DNA of 15,064 nucleotides from Chlamydiia bacterium (GTDB lineage Bacteria; Chlamydiota; Chlamydiia; Chlamydiales; 2-12-FULL-49-11): NCBI GenBank assembly GCA_044359535.1, contig JBIKLZ010000031.1, positions 1 to 15,064 of the forward strand, read 5' to 3'. Shown piece by piece: positions 7,145 to 15,064 of this stretch (position 1 is its first letter; each line of letters starts with the position of its first letter). The notes under the pieces were generated by a model. It saw only the letters and a program-made list of their open reading frames with translations, ran no database searches and was not told where the DNA came from. The position numbers and the translations under genes were made by a program.

Positions 7145-10100
7145 TTAGTTTTCCACTGTATTTGCTTGGACATCTAAACCTAACCCTTGCATCTCTTTTA
7201 CAAGTACATTGAAAGATTCAGGAACCCCAGCTTTTAACACATTGTCTCCTTTAACGATAGATTCATAAATACGCGTTCTTCCAGCTACATCATCTGACTT
7301 CACAGTAAGCATCTCTTGCAATAAATTTGCCGCTCCATAAGCTTCAAGAGCCCAAACTTCCATCTCTCCAAATCTTTGTCCTCCCATCTTAGCTTTACCA
7401 CCAAGAGGTTGTTGTGTGACAAGAGAGTAAGGTCCAATTGCTCTTGCATGAATCTTATCTGCGACAAGGTGATTTAGTTTTAACATATATATATATCCAA
7501 CTACAACAGGATTATCAAATCTCTCCCCTGTACGGCCATCATATAAATACATCTTACCATCCTTTCGAAGTCCTTGCTCTTCCATCATTTTCCAAATTTC
7601 TTTTTCTGGAAAACCTTGGAAGACAGGGCTTTTCACATAGATACCTGCTTTTCTTGCAACATAGCCAAGGTGGGTTTCAAACATCTGTCCTATGTTCATC
7701 CTTGAAGGCACCCCTAATGGATTTAAGATAATTTCAATTGTCTCACCGTTTTCAAGATAAGGCATATCACACTCTTGTACAAGATTTGATACCACACCTT
7801 TGTTTCCGTGACGACCTGCCATCTTATCACCAACTTGAAGTTTACGTTTTGTTGCAACATAGACTTTTACTTGTCGAATAACCCCTGCATCAAGATCTAC
7901 ATCCCCTTTTTTGATATACTCAACCTCTGTGCTGTACTCCATGCGGATTTTTTCTACATTTTTACGATGCTCTTTAATAAAAGATATCATTGCCTCAAAC
8001 CTTTCAGTTCTTGGGAAGATATAATCATCTAAATCATCATTTTCAAATGTCTCAAGGATTTCTTGAGTTAAATGATCCCCTTCTCTAACAACCATATCCC
8101 CTGTCTTCTTGTGAAGGATAGATCCTTCAGCTGGGCTATCAAGAAGTAATGCTCCAAGCTTTTCATGTAACTCCAGTTGAATTTCCATCTCTTTTTCTCT
8201 ACACTCTTTCTTAAGATCTTGAGTACGAGATTTTTCTTCAACAAGTTCATCATCTGTCTTAGAAAGACGATCTCTTTTTGAAAAGACTTTAACATCCATG
8301 ACAATCCCTTCAGTTCCTGGAGGAGCCACAAGAGAAGCATCTTTTACATCTGCAGCCTTTTCACCAAATATCGCTCTTAAAAGCCGCTCTTCTGGAGAAA
8401 GTTCTGTTTCAGATTTAGGGGTCACCTTTCCAACTAAAATATCCCCAGGGAAGACTTCAGCCCCTATGCGGATAATACCATCTTCAGAAAGATCGCTTAA
8501 AGCCTCTTCTGAAACGTTTGGAATATCTCTTGTGATCTCTTCTTTTCCAAGCTTTGTATCTCGAGCTGTTAATTCAAACTCTTGAACATAGATGGATGTA
8601 TAGGTATCCTCGCGAATAAGTTTTTCTGAGATGATGATCGCATCCTCATAGTTATAACCACACCATGGCATAAAGGCTACAAGAACGTTTTGACCTAAAG
8701 CTATTTCCCCTTTTTCAGTCGATGGACCGTCGGCAATGACATCCCCAGCCTTAATCACATCTCCAACCTCTACAAGGGGAGATTGATTGACACACGTTCC
8801 TGAATTGCTTCTCATAAATTTTTTCAAATCGTATGTACGCTTGTCTAAAACGTTGCTTTTTGAAGAAATAATGATTTTAAATCCATCCACATAGTCAACA
8901 ATTCCATCTTCTAAAGCAATCACAACAGCTCCAGAATCTTTTGCAGCACGCATTTCAATACCTGTACCAACAATCGGAGCTGAGGGTTTTAATAAGGGAA
9001 CAGCTTGACGCTGCATATTCGAACCCATCAAGGCACGGTTAGCATCATCATGCTCTAGGAATGGAATCATCGCTGTAACTATTGAAACAAGTTGTTTTGG
9101 AGAGACATCCATATGAGTGACTTTAGATGTTTCAATACGTAAAGAATCCCCTTTATATCTTGCCCAACAAATTTCATCTGTGAACATGTTGAACTCATCA
9201 AGAGTTGCCGATGCTTGAGAAATAATACAGCTTTCCTCTTGGTCGGCTGTCATGTATTCAATTTCATCAGTTACAACATTGTCCCGAACAATTCTATAAG
9301 GGGTTTCAATAAACCCAAACTCGTTTATCTTTGCATATGAAGATAATGAAGTGATCAATCCAATGTTTGGTCCTTCTGGAGTTTCAATTGGGCAAATCCT
9401 TCCGTAGTGACTTGTATGAACGTCACGGACTTCAAATCCAGCCCTTTCTCTATTTAATCCACCTGGTCCTAATGCGGACAACCTTCGTTTATGGGTTAAC
9501 TCGGCAATAGGGTTGACTTGATCCATAAACTGAGAGAGTTGAGATCTACCAAAGAAATCCTTCATCACTGACTGAAACCCTTTAGCAGAAATGATTTTTC
9601 CAGGAGTGAGTGTATCTGATGCAAAATCAAATAAATTCATCCTTTCACGAATAATTTTTTCCATTCTTACAAAACCAATTCTACATTGATTTTGAACAAG
9701 CTCTCCAACAGACCTTACTCTTCTATTGGATAAGTGATCAATATCATCAACATGAGCCTCATTCTTCTGATTTTTTAAATCAATGAGATACTTAATTGCC
9801 GCAACAATATCCTCTTTTTTCAATGTCACATTTTCTAAGGTCTCATCATTTACAGGCTGACCTAGTTTGACGTTCATCTTATATCGGCCTACTTTACCAA
9901 GGTTATATCTTTTTGAATCAAAAAAGAGTCTCATGATTAAAGAACGGGCATTTGATAGTGTTGCAGGTTCCCCTGGTCGTATTTTTCTATAAAAATCTTT
10001 AAGAGCTGATTCATAAGAATCTGTAGGATCCTTCATAATCATCTTTATGATAGGGGAATTTTCATCGGCATCTTCAGCAATACGGACAAAGCCAATACCG

Positions 10101-10906
10101 CTATCAAGAATTCGCTTTAACATCGCTGTGGTTAATTTCTCAGAAGCTTTTCCATAAATGATTCCAGACTCTTCATCTAAAATATCTTCAGCTAAGATTT
10201 TTCCTACCACTTTAGAGAAATCCTCATCTGATTTGATACGAATTCTTCTTGTAGAATAAAATTCTTCAATAATATCTGCGTTTGTTGAATATCCAAGTGT
10301 TCTTATAAAGGAAGTGGCTAAGACTTTTCTCCTTCTTTTTTTCTTATCGACATAGATGTAGATTAAATCGTTGATATCAAAGGAGGCTTCTAACCAGCTT
10401 CCTCTGTAAGGAATCACTCTAAAAGAAAAGAGATTTATCCCTTTTGGATGCATTGCACTTTCGTAGCAAATTCCTGGAGATCTGTGTAATTGAGAAACAA
10501 TGACACGCTCTGCGCCATTGATAACAAAGGTACCCCTGTCTGTCATTAATGGGATTGTCCCCATGTAGACTTCTTCTTCTTTAATCCCTGTTTCATCAGT
10601 AAGACGAAAATTAGTCTTAAGAGTTGAATTGTAACTTATCCCTCTTCGAATACACTCTTCAGGTCCATGCTTAGGTACACTTAGTGAATATGAAAGATAC
10701 TCCAACATAATCTTGTCATCAAAACTTTTAATTGGAAAAATTTCTTTAAAAACCTCTTCCAACCCCTCTTCACGCCTGTCCTGAGCATCCGCATCAGATT
10801 GTAGAAAATTCATATATGATTTGATTTGAATCTCAATTAAGTTTGGAAGATCGATGATCTCCTCTGACTTATGAAACCCCACCCTTGTAGGTGCCTTCTT
10901 TGGCAT
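7145..10906 (-). CDS. rpoB: DNA-directed RNA polymerase subunit beta
   Basis: [47 protein letters not shown] and [17 protein letters not shown] motifs; 1253 aa; AGGGGG SD. Confidence 0.99.
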   Translation of the reverse strand: MPKKAPTRVGFHKSEEIIDLPNLIEIQIKSYMNFLQSDADAQDRREEGLEEVFKEIFPIKSFDDKIMLEYLSYSLSVPKHGPEECIRRGISYNSTLKTNFRLTDETGIKEEEVYMGTIPLMTDRGTFVINGAERVIVSQLHRSPGICYESAMHPKGINLFSFRVIPYRGSWLEASFDINDLIYIYVDKKKRRRKVLATSFIRTLGYSTNADIIEEFYSTRRIRIKSDEDFSKVVGKILAEDILDEESGIIYGKASEKLTTAMLKRILDSGIGFVRIAEDADENSPIIKMIMKDPTDSYESALKDFYRKIRPGEPATLSNARSLIMRLFFDSKRYNLGKVGRYKMNVKLGQPVNDETLENVTLKKEDIVAAIKYLIDLKNQKNEAHVDDIDHLSNRRVRSVGELVQNQCRIGFVRMEKIIRERMNLFDFASDTLTPGKIISAKGFQSVMKDFFGRSQLSQFMDQVNPIAELTHKRRLSALGPGGLNRERAGFEVRDVHTSHYGRICPIETPEGPNIGLITSLSSYAKINEFGFIETPYRIVRDNVVTDEIEYMTADQEESCIISQASATLDEFNMFTDEICWARYKGDSLRIETSKVTHMDVSPKQLVSIVTAMIPFLEHDDANRALMGSNMQRQAVPLLKPSAPIVGTGIEMRAAKDSGAVVIALEDGIVDYVDGFKIIISSKSNVLDKRTYDLKKFMRSNSGTCVNQSPLVEVGDVIKAGDVIADGPSTEKGEIALGQNVLVAFMPWCGYNYEDAIIISEKLIREDTYTSIYVQEFELTARDTKLGKEEITRDIPNVSEEALSDLSEDGIIRIGAEVFPGDILVGKVTPKSETELSPEERLLRAIFGEKAADVKDASLVAPPGTEGIVMDVKVFSKRDRLSKTDDELVEEKSRTQDLKKECREKEMEIQLELHEKLGALLLDSPAEGSILHKKTGDMVVREGDHLTQEILETFENDDLDDYIFPRTERFEAMISFIKEHRKNVEKIRMEYSTEVEYIKKGDVDLDAGVIRQVKVYVATKRKLQVGDKMAGRHGNKGVVSNLVQECDMPYLENGETIEIILNPLGVPSRMNIGQMFETHLGYVARKAGIYVKSPVFQGFPEKEIWKMMEEQGLRKDGKMYLYDGRTGERFDNPVVVGYIYMLKLNHLVADKIHARAIGPYSLVTQQPLGGKAKMGGQRFGEMEVWALEAYGAANLLQEMLTVKSDDVAGRTRIYESIVKGDNVLKAGVPESFNVLVKEMQGLGLDVQANTVEN

Positions 10907-10950
10907 AATGCCCCCTATAGTACTTTAAACAGAATTTTCAGTTGCTCTTT

Positions 10951-10989
10951 ATATAAAACATGAGACCTTTTTTTTAAAGGGCTCATGTT
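10951..10989 (-). terminator. Terminator/attenuator-like hairpin between rplL and rpoB
   Basis: Minus strand AACATGAGCCCTTT-AAAAA-AAAGGTCTCATGTT (13/14 paired) running into TTTTATAT. Same position as the E. coli rplL-rpoB attenuator. Confidence 0.65.
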
Positions 10990-11016
10990 CATCTTACACT
11001 TTTTAATTAAAATGGC

Positions 11017-11415
11017 TTATAAGCCTTTTAATTCACCTACAGCGCCAGCTTCAGCAAGTTTTTTAATTGCTTCTTCTGCTTCTGCTTTAGATGCTGATTC
11101 TTTCAACATACCTGGATTTTCAACTAATTCTTTAGCTTCTTTTAATCCAAGACCTGTAATTTCTCTCACTGCTTTAATTGCAGCAATTTTCTTAGCAGGG
11201 TCTACACTCTTAAGAGTGATACTAAATTCAGTGGATTCTTCAACCGCTGAAGCTTCTGATGAGGCCGCAGGTCCTGCTACCGCTACAGCTACTGCTGCTT
11301 TTACACCCCATTTCTCTTCTAGCATTGTCTTTAAATTTGCTAAATCTAATACTTTTAATTCACTTAGCATCTCAACTATATTTTCAAGTTTTGAATTGGC
11401 TGTTGCTTCGCTCAC
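11017..11415 (-). CDS. rplL: 50S ribosomal protein L7/L12
   Basis: [10 protein letters not shown], Ala-rich hinge, [28 protein letters not shown] start with GAGGA SD. Confidence 0.98.
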   Translation of the reverse strand: MSEATANSKLENIVEMLSELKVLDLANLKTMLEEKWGVKAAVAVAVAGPAASSEASAVEESTEFSITLKSVDPAKKIAAIKAVREITGLGLKEAKELVENPGMLKESASKAEAEEAIKKLAEAGAVGELKGL

Positions 11416-11432
11416 TTTTGTTTCCTCACTTT

Positions 11433-11939
11433 TTATGTTTCATTTGAATTGTTATTTTCCGAACTGTGCTTATCAATGTATGCTTCCATTGTTGCAAGAG
11501 TTTGACCCATAGGAGACTCTAATAGAGCAATAATTTGAGCACGCATTTCATCTAGAGAAGGTAGAGTAGAGATTTGCTCAACTTCTGCAGAAGCGCATTT
11601 AGCATCCTCAAAATATCCACCTAAAATTTTTAAAGCATTGGTTTCTTGTTTTGCTTTAAAAACTTCTTTTGCTACAGCTAGGAAATTTCCCTTAGCTAAG
11701 GCTACAAGAACGTGTCCTTGTAACTCTTCTAAAGAGAATATTACATTTTTTAGGGCCACTGCCTTGGCAAATACTCGTTTTTTTACAACAAACATATCGC
11801 CACCAACACCGACTAAAGATTTTCTCATTTTTGCAATCGCATTTGCACTTAGCTTATCATACGATGCAAGAATAAAGCCCTCTTTGAGATCAATTTTTTT
11901 TTCTACTTCATCAAGAAGCACTTGCTTTTCAACTGACAT
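11433..11939 (-). CDS. rplJ: 50S ribosomal protein L10
   Basis: Position between rplA and rplL; VVKKRVF, ILGGYF and [13 protein letters not shown] motifs; AGGAG SD overlapping the rplA stop. Confidence 0.95.
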   Translation of the reverse strand: MSVEKQVLLDEVEKKIDLKEGFILASYDKLSANAIAKMRKSLVGVGGDMFVVKKRVFAKAVALKNVIFSLEELQGHVLVALAKGNFLAVAKEVFKAKQETNALKILGGYFEDAKCASAEVEQISTLPSLDEMRAQIIALLESPMGQTLATMEAYIDKHSSENNNSNET

Positions 11940-11948
11940 TTATTACTC

Positions 11949-12638
11949 CTACTGCATCGAATTACATTCTAGTTTTATTCCCGGTCCCATCGTCGTAGAG
12001 ATGCTTATAGATTTAATATAGACACCCTTCATAGCCGCAGGCTTACTTTTTACGATCGCATCTAACAACGCTTTGTAGTTGTTTACTAAATGTTCAGAAG
12101 TAAAGGATAATTTACCGAAAATTGAGTGTATATTTGAACTTTTGTCCACTCTAAATTCTACCCTTCCAGCTTTTACCTCTTTTACAGTTTTTGCAACTTC
12201 AGTTGTCACTGTTCCTGCTTTTGGTGCAGGCATAAGCCCTCGAGGACCTAAAATTTTACCAAGGGTTCCTACAACTCTCATCATATCAGGGGTTGCAATA
12301 ACTTGATTAAAATCAGACCACCCTTCTTTAATTTTTTCAGCTAACTCATCACCGCCCACATAATCGGCACCGGCATCAAGAGCCTCTTTAGCTTTATCTC
12401 CTTTGGCAAAAACAAGAACTTTAACTTTCTTACCAGTACCATGAGGAAGTAAAACACTGCTTCTTACTTGTTGATCAGCTTTTTTTGGATCCACACCTAA
12501 CTTCAACGCAACTTCAAACGTTTCATCAAATTTCACAGGTGAGACTTTTTTTAACAGCTCTATCCCCTCATTTAGGGTATAAAACTTCGTTAAATTTAGA
12601 TCTTTAACTGAGTCTTTATATCGTTTACTTTGTTTCAT
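11949..12638 (-). CDS. rplA: 50S ribosomal protein L1
   Basis: [41 protein letters not shown] and STTMGPG motifs. Confidence 0.99.
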   Translation of the reverse strand: MKQSKRYKDSVKDLNLTKFYTLNEGIELLKKVSPVKFDETFEVALKLGVDPKKADQQVRSSVLLPHGTGKKVKVLVFAKGDKAKEALDAGADYVGGDELAEKIKEGWSDFNQVIATPDMMRVVGTLGKILGPRGLMPAPKAGTVTTEVAKTVKEVKAGRVEFRVDKSSNIHSIFGKLSFTSEHLVNNYKALLDAIVKSKPAAMKGVYIKSISISTTMGPGIKLECNSMQ

Positions 12639-12656
12639 ACTATTCCTTTTCTACTT

Positions 12657-13100
12657 TCACTCAACATCTATACCCATCGAACGGGCCGTTCCCGCTACGA
12701 CGTTAAATGCTGCTCTATAACCTTCTTCTGTATCAATACCGTGCTTTAGTCGAAGATCAGGAAGTTTTCTTTCGATAATTTCCTTAACATCTTGTTTTGT
12801 GATCTTTCCAACTTTATCTCTATTTGCTACAGAGGAACCCTTTGTTACTTTAGCCTTAGCTAAAACTAATTTAGACATAGGAGGTTGTTTCAAAATGAAA
12901 GTAAAACTTTTATCAGCATACACAGATATCACAACAGGAAGAATATCTGTTGAACCTTGAGTCTTAGCATTAAATTCTTTGCAAAATGCCATAATGTTTA
13001 CACCTGCAGATCCTAAAGCTGGACCAATTGGAGGTGCTGGCGTTGCTTTTCCAGATTGAATCTGTAATTTAATTTCTTTTATTAGTTTTTTCTTAGCCAT
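12657..13100 (-). CDS. rplK: 50S ribosomal protein L11
   Basis: [25 protein letters not shown] and GTARSMG motifs. Confidence 0.99.
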   Translation of the reverse strand: MAKKKLIKEIKLQIQSGKATPAPPIGPALGSAGVNIMAFCKEFNAKTQGSTDILPVVISVYADKSFTFILKQPPMSKLVLAKAKVTKGSSVANRDKVGKITKQDVKEIIERKLPDLRLKHGIDTEEGYRAAFNVVAGTARSMGIDVE

Positions 13101-13114
13101 TATCGTTTCCTGCC

Positions 13115-13654
13115 TTAATCATTTGTTATTTTTTCTACTTGCCATACTTCTAAATCATCTACTTTTGTATCTCTACCAAATATAGATACAAGGACACTTA
13201 GTTTACCTTTGTCTTGGAAAATCTCTGAGACCGTTCCTGTAAGATTGATGAACACTCCTTCAGTAATTTTAACCACATCGCCACAGTCAATGTTGTATTT
13301 TTGAACCACATCCCCTTCTTCAGCGGTAAGATTTTTAACCAAGTCTTCAACTTCTTTATCACTTAATGGAGTTGGAACCCCTCCACCGAGAAAATCTAAA
13401 ACCCCATTTTCCCTTTTGATCATGTGCCATACTTCATCGGTAACATCCATTTTAATTAAGACATAACCTGGCCATAAAATCTTTTCTTTGATGACCTTTT
13501 TTCCATTTTTAACTTCAACAATATTTTCTACAGGAATATATACTTCTTTAATATGATCTTTTAAACCATTTTTTACAGCATTTTCCTGAATAGATTTTTT
13601 AACTTTTTTTTCTCTTCCAGAAAACACCTGGAGAACATACCAATTTTCCGACAT
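13115..13654 (-). CDS. nusG: Transcription termination/antitermination factor NusG
   Basis: [20 protein letters not shown] and C-terminal KOW domain ([19 protein letters not shown]). Confidence 0.98.
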   Translation of the reverse strand: MSENWYVLQVFSGREKKVKKSIQENAVKNGLKDHIKEVYIPVENIVEVKNGKKVIKEKILWPGYVLIKMDVTDEVWHMIKRENGVLDFLGGGVPTPLSDKEVEDLVKNLTAEEGDVVQKYNIDCGDVVKITEGVFINLTGTVSEIFQDKGKLSVLVSIFGRDTKVDDLEVWQVEKITND

Positions 13655-13658
13655 TTTT

Positions 13659-13889
13659 TTACCCTATCAACCTAAAAATTACAGAGTTTAACATAGAGAG
13701 CCCCTTATTTACAAACAAATCTGCACAATAAATACCCAAACCAAAAACAAACATTGAAACAATGACAAGTTTCACATTTGATTTTACACTTTTTTTTGAG
13801 GGCCAGACAATCTTCATAGCTTCTTTTTTTAAAGAAGCAATAAAAGATTCTTTTTTAATCTCATCTTCCTGCTCTAAGATTTCAGTCAT
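13659..13889 (-). CDS. secE: Preprotein translocase subunit SecE
   Basis: EAMKIVWPS motif followed by a single transmembrane helix; lies between tRNA-Trp and nusG; AAGGAAGG SD. Confidence 0.95.
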   Translation of the reverse strand: MTEILEQEDEIKKESFIASLKKEAMKIVWPSKKSVKSNVKLVIVSMFVFGLGIYCADLFVNKGLSMLNSVIFRLIG

Positions 13890-13908
13890 ATCCTTCCTTT
13901 ATTATTTA

Positions 13909-13981
13909 CGAGTGCGAAGGGTCTTGAACCCCTAACCTGCGGCTTTGGAGACCGCTGCTCTACCAATTGAGCTACACACCC
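13909..13981 (-). tRNA. tRNA-Trp (anticodon CCA); 3' CCA not encoded
   Basis: Reverse complement folds as GGGTGTG-TA-GCTC AATTGGTA GAGC-A-GCGGT CTCCAAA GCCGC-AGGTT-AGGGG TTCAAGA CCCTT-CGCACTC-G (73 nt, discriminator G). Confidence 0.97.
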
Positions 13982-14023
13982 AAAAAAAGGGGAGGATGAA
14001 TATGAATAATTCACCCTTCCCCT
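13982..14023 (-). terminator. Intrinsic terminator-like hairpin after tuf
   Basis: Minus strand AGGGGAAGGGTGAAT-TATTCAT-ATTCATCCTCCCC followed by T7. The stem has one bulge and one G-U pair. Confidence 0.75.
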
Positions 14024-14031
14024 ATTTAAAC

Positions 14032-15064
14032 TTAATTTATAATCTCTGAAACTGTACCTGCTCCAATAGTTCTTCCACCCTCACGGATAGCAAAACGCAT
14101 TCCAAGCTCCATAGCAACTGGGGCGATCAATTCACCAATAATAGTGACGTTATCCCCTGGCATAACCATTTCTGTTCCAGCTTCTAAGTAAACAGTTCCG
14201 GTTACGTCTGTAGTTCTTAAGTAGAATTGAGGTCTGTAACCGCTAAAGAATGGCTTATGACGTCCCCCCTCTTCTTTAGTTAAGATGTAAACGCTACCTT
14301 TGAATTTAGTATGAGGTGTACATGTCTTAGGAGCAGCAAGAACCATCCCTCTTTGTACATCATTCTTATCAATACCTCTTAAAAGAACTCCAACGTTTTC
14401 ACCAGCTCTTGCTTCGTCAAGAAGTTTATTAAACATTTCAAGACCAATTGCAACCGCTTCTCTTGTTTTTTCGATACCGACAATTTCAATTTTGTCGTTC
14501 ACTTTAATAATTCCTCTTTCAACACGTCCTGTAACTACTGTTCCACGACCTGCAATTGAGAACACATCTTCAATTGGCATTAAAAACGCTTGGTCTACAG
14601 CTCTTTCTGGTGTTGGAATCTTTGTATCCACAACATTCATCAATTCAACAATTTGCTTCTCGTACTCTGGATCTCCTTCTAAAGCTCTAAGACCTGAACC
14701 TCTTACAAAGGCGGTATTTTTATAACCTTGAGCAGATAAAAGCTCATCAATTTCCATTTCTACAAGGTCAAGAAGCTCTGTATCGTCCACTTGGTCACAT
14801 TTATTAATGAAGACAACAATCGATGGAACCCCTACTTGTCTTGCAAGAAGGATGTGCTCTCTAGTTTGAGGCATAGCACCATCAGTTGCAGCAACCACAA
14901 GGATAGCTCCATCCATTTGAGCAGCACCTGTAATCATGTTTTTAACATAGTCAGCGTGTCCAGGGCAGTCAACGTGTGCGTAATGTCTAGCTTCAGTCTC
15001 ATACTCAACGTGAGATGAGTTAATGGTTATACCACGAGCTTTTTCTTCTGGTGCATTATCAATT
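14032..15064 (-). CDS. tuf: Elongation factor Tu; 5' part lies beyond the right window edge
   Basis: The frame stays open past the track's Met at 14937: [41 protein letters not shown]. Also NKCD and the C-terminal [13 protein letters not shown]. Confidence 0.99.
   Translation of the reverse strand, partial: IDNAPEEKARGITINSSHVEYETEARHYAHVDCPGHADYVKNMITGAAQMDGAILVVAATDGAMPQTREHILLARQVGVPSIVVFINKCDQVDDTELLDLVEMEIDELLSAQGYKNTAFVRGSGLRALEGDPEYEKQIVELMNVVDTKIPTPERAVDQAFLMPIEDVFSIAGRGTVVTGRVERGIIKVNDKIEIVGIEKTREAVAIGLEMFNKLLDEARAGENVGVLLRGIDKNDVQRGMVLAAPKTCTPHTKFKGSVYILTKEEGGRHKPFFSGYRPQFYLRTTDVTGTVYLEAGTEMVMPGDNVTIIGELIAPVAMELGMRFAIREGGRTIGAGTVSEIIN

Noticed and set aside
9470-9560. RpoB rifampicin-resistance region variants ([16 protein letters not shown])
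   Set aside because: Key residues equivalent to E. coli Q513, D516, H526 and S531 are wild type; Ala at the S522 position is normal for Chlamydiae.
13909-13981. tRNA-Trp lacking encoded CCA, with four G-U pairs; possible integration site or UGA recoding
   Set aside because: Non-encoded CCA is common. No duplicated tRNA 3' end or integrase is present. The anticodon is CCA, and TGA serves as the stop in rplK and rplJ, so the code is standard.
2285-15018. Short plus-strand and alternate-frame ORFs in the track (e.g. 2285-2491, 2854-3054, 6276-6644, 8068-8340, 10985-11512, 11638-12021, 14791-15018)
   Set aside because: All overlap well-supported genes, mostly antisense, and have no motifs of their own.

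Overview
AT-rich bacterial window with every supported gene on the minus strand. About 12 kb (2858-15064) is the conserved tuf(partial)-tRNA-Trp-secE-nusG-rplK-rplA-rplJ-rplL-rpoB-rpoC cluster. Gene order and protein motifs (NusG WPGY, Rpo[16 protein letters not shown]7/L12 ending KGL) point to a divergent, probably environmental member of phylum Chlamydiae; this comes from my recall of chlamydial sequences, not a search. After the rpoC terminator lies an accessory region. It holds two tandem paralogous Inc-like (bilobed hydrophobic) membrane protein genes and a secreted DUF5077/DUF3472-like protein gene that runs off the left edge and is absent from the ORF track. Main observations: (1) the RNA polymerase beta' trigger-loop His is Gln (TMRTFQLGG), with further changes in near-invariant motifs (SEARG, DFKSN, beta GKAKMGG); (2) the Inc-like duplication has a readable breakpoint at the ribosome-binding site and an apparently homogenised C-terminal block; (3) ribosomal stalk changes (7-aa insertion in L11, shortened L10 tail); (4) a terminator-like hairpin ending directly at +1 of tRNA-Trp. 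No CRISPR array, mobile element or rRNA was seen.
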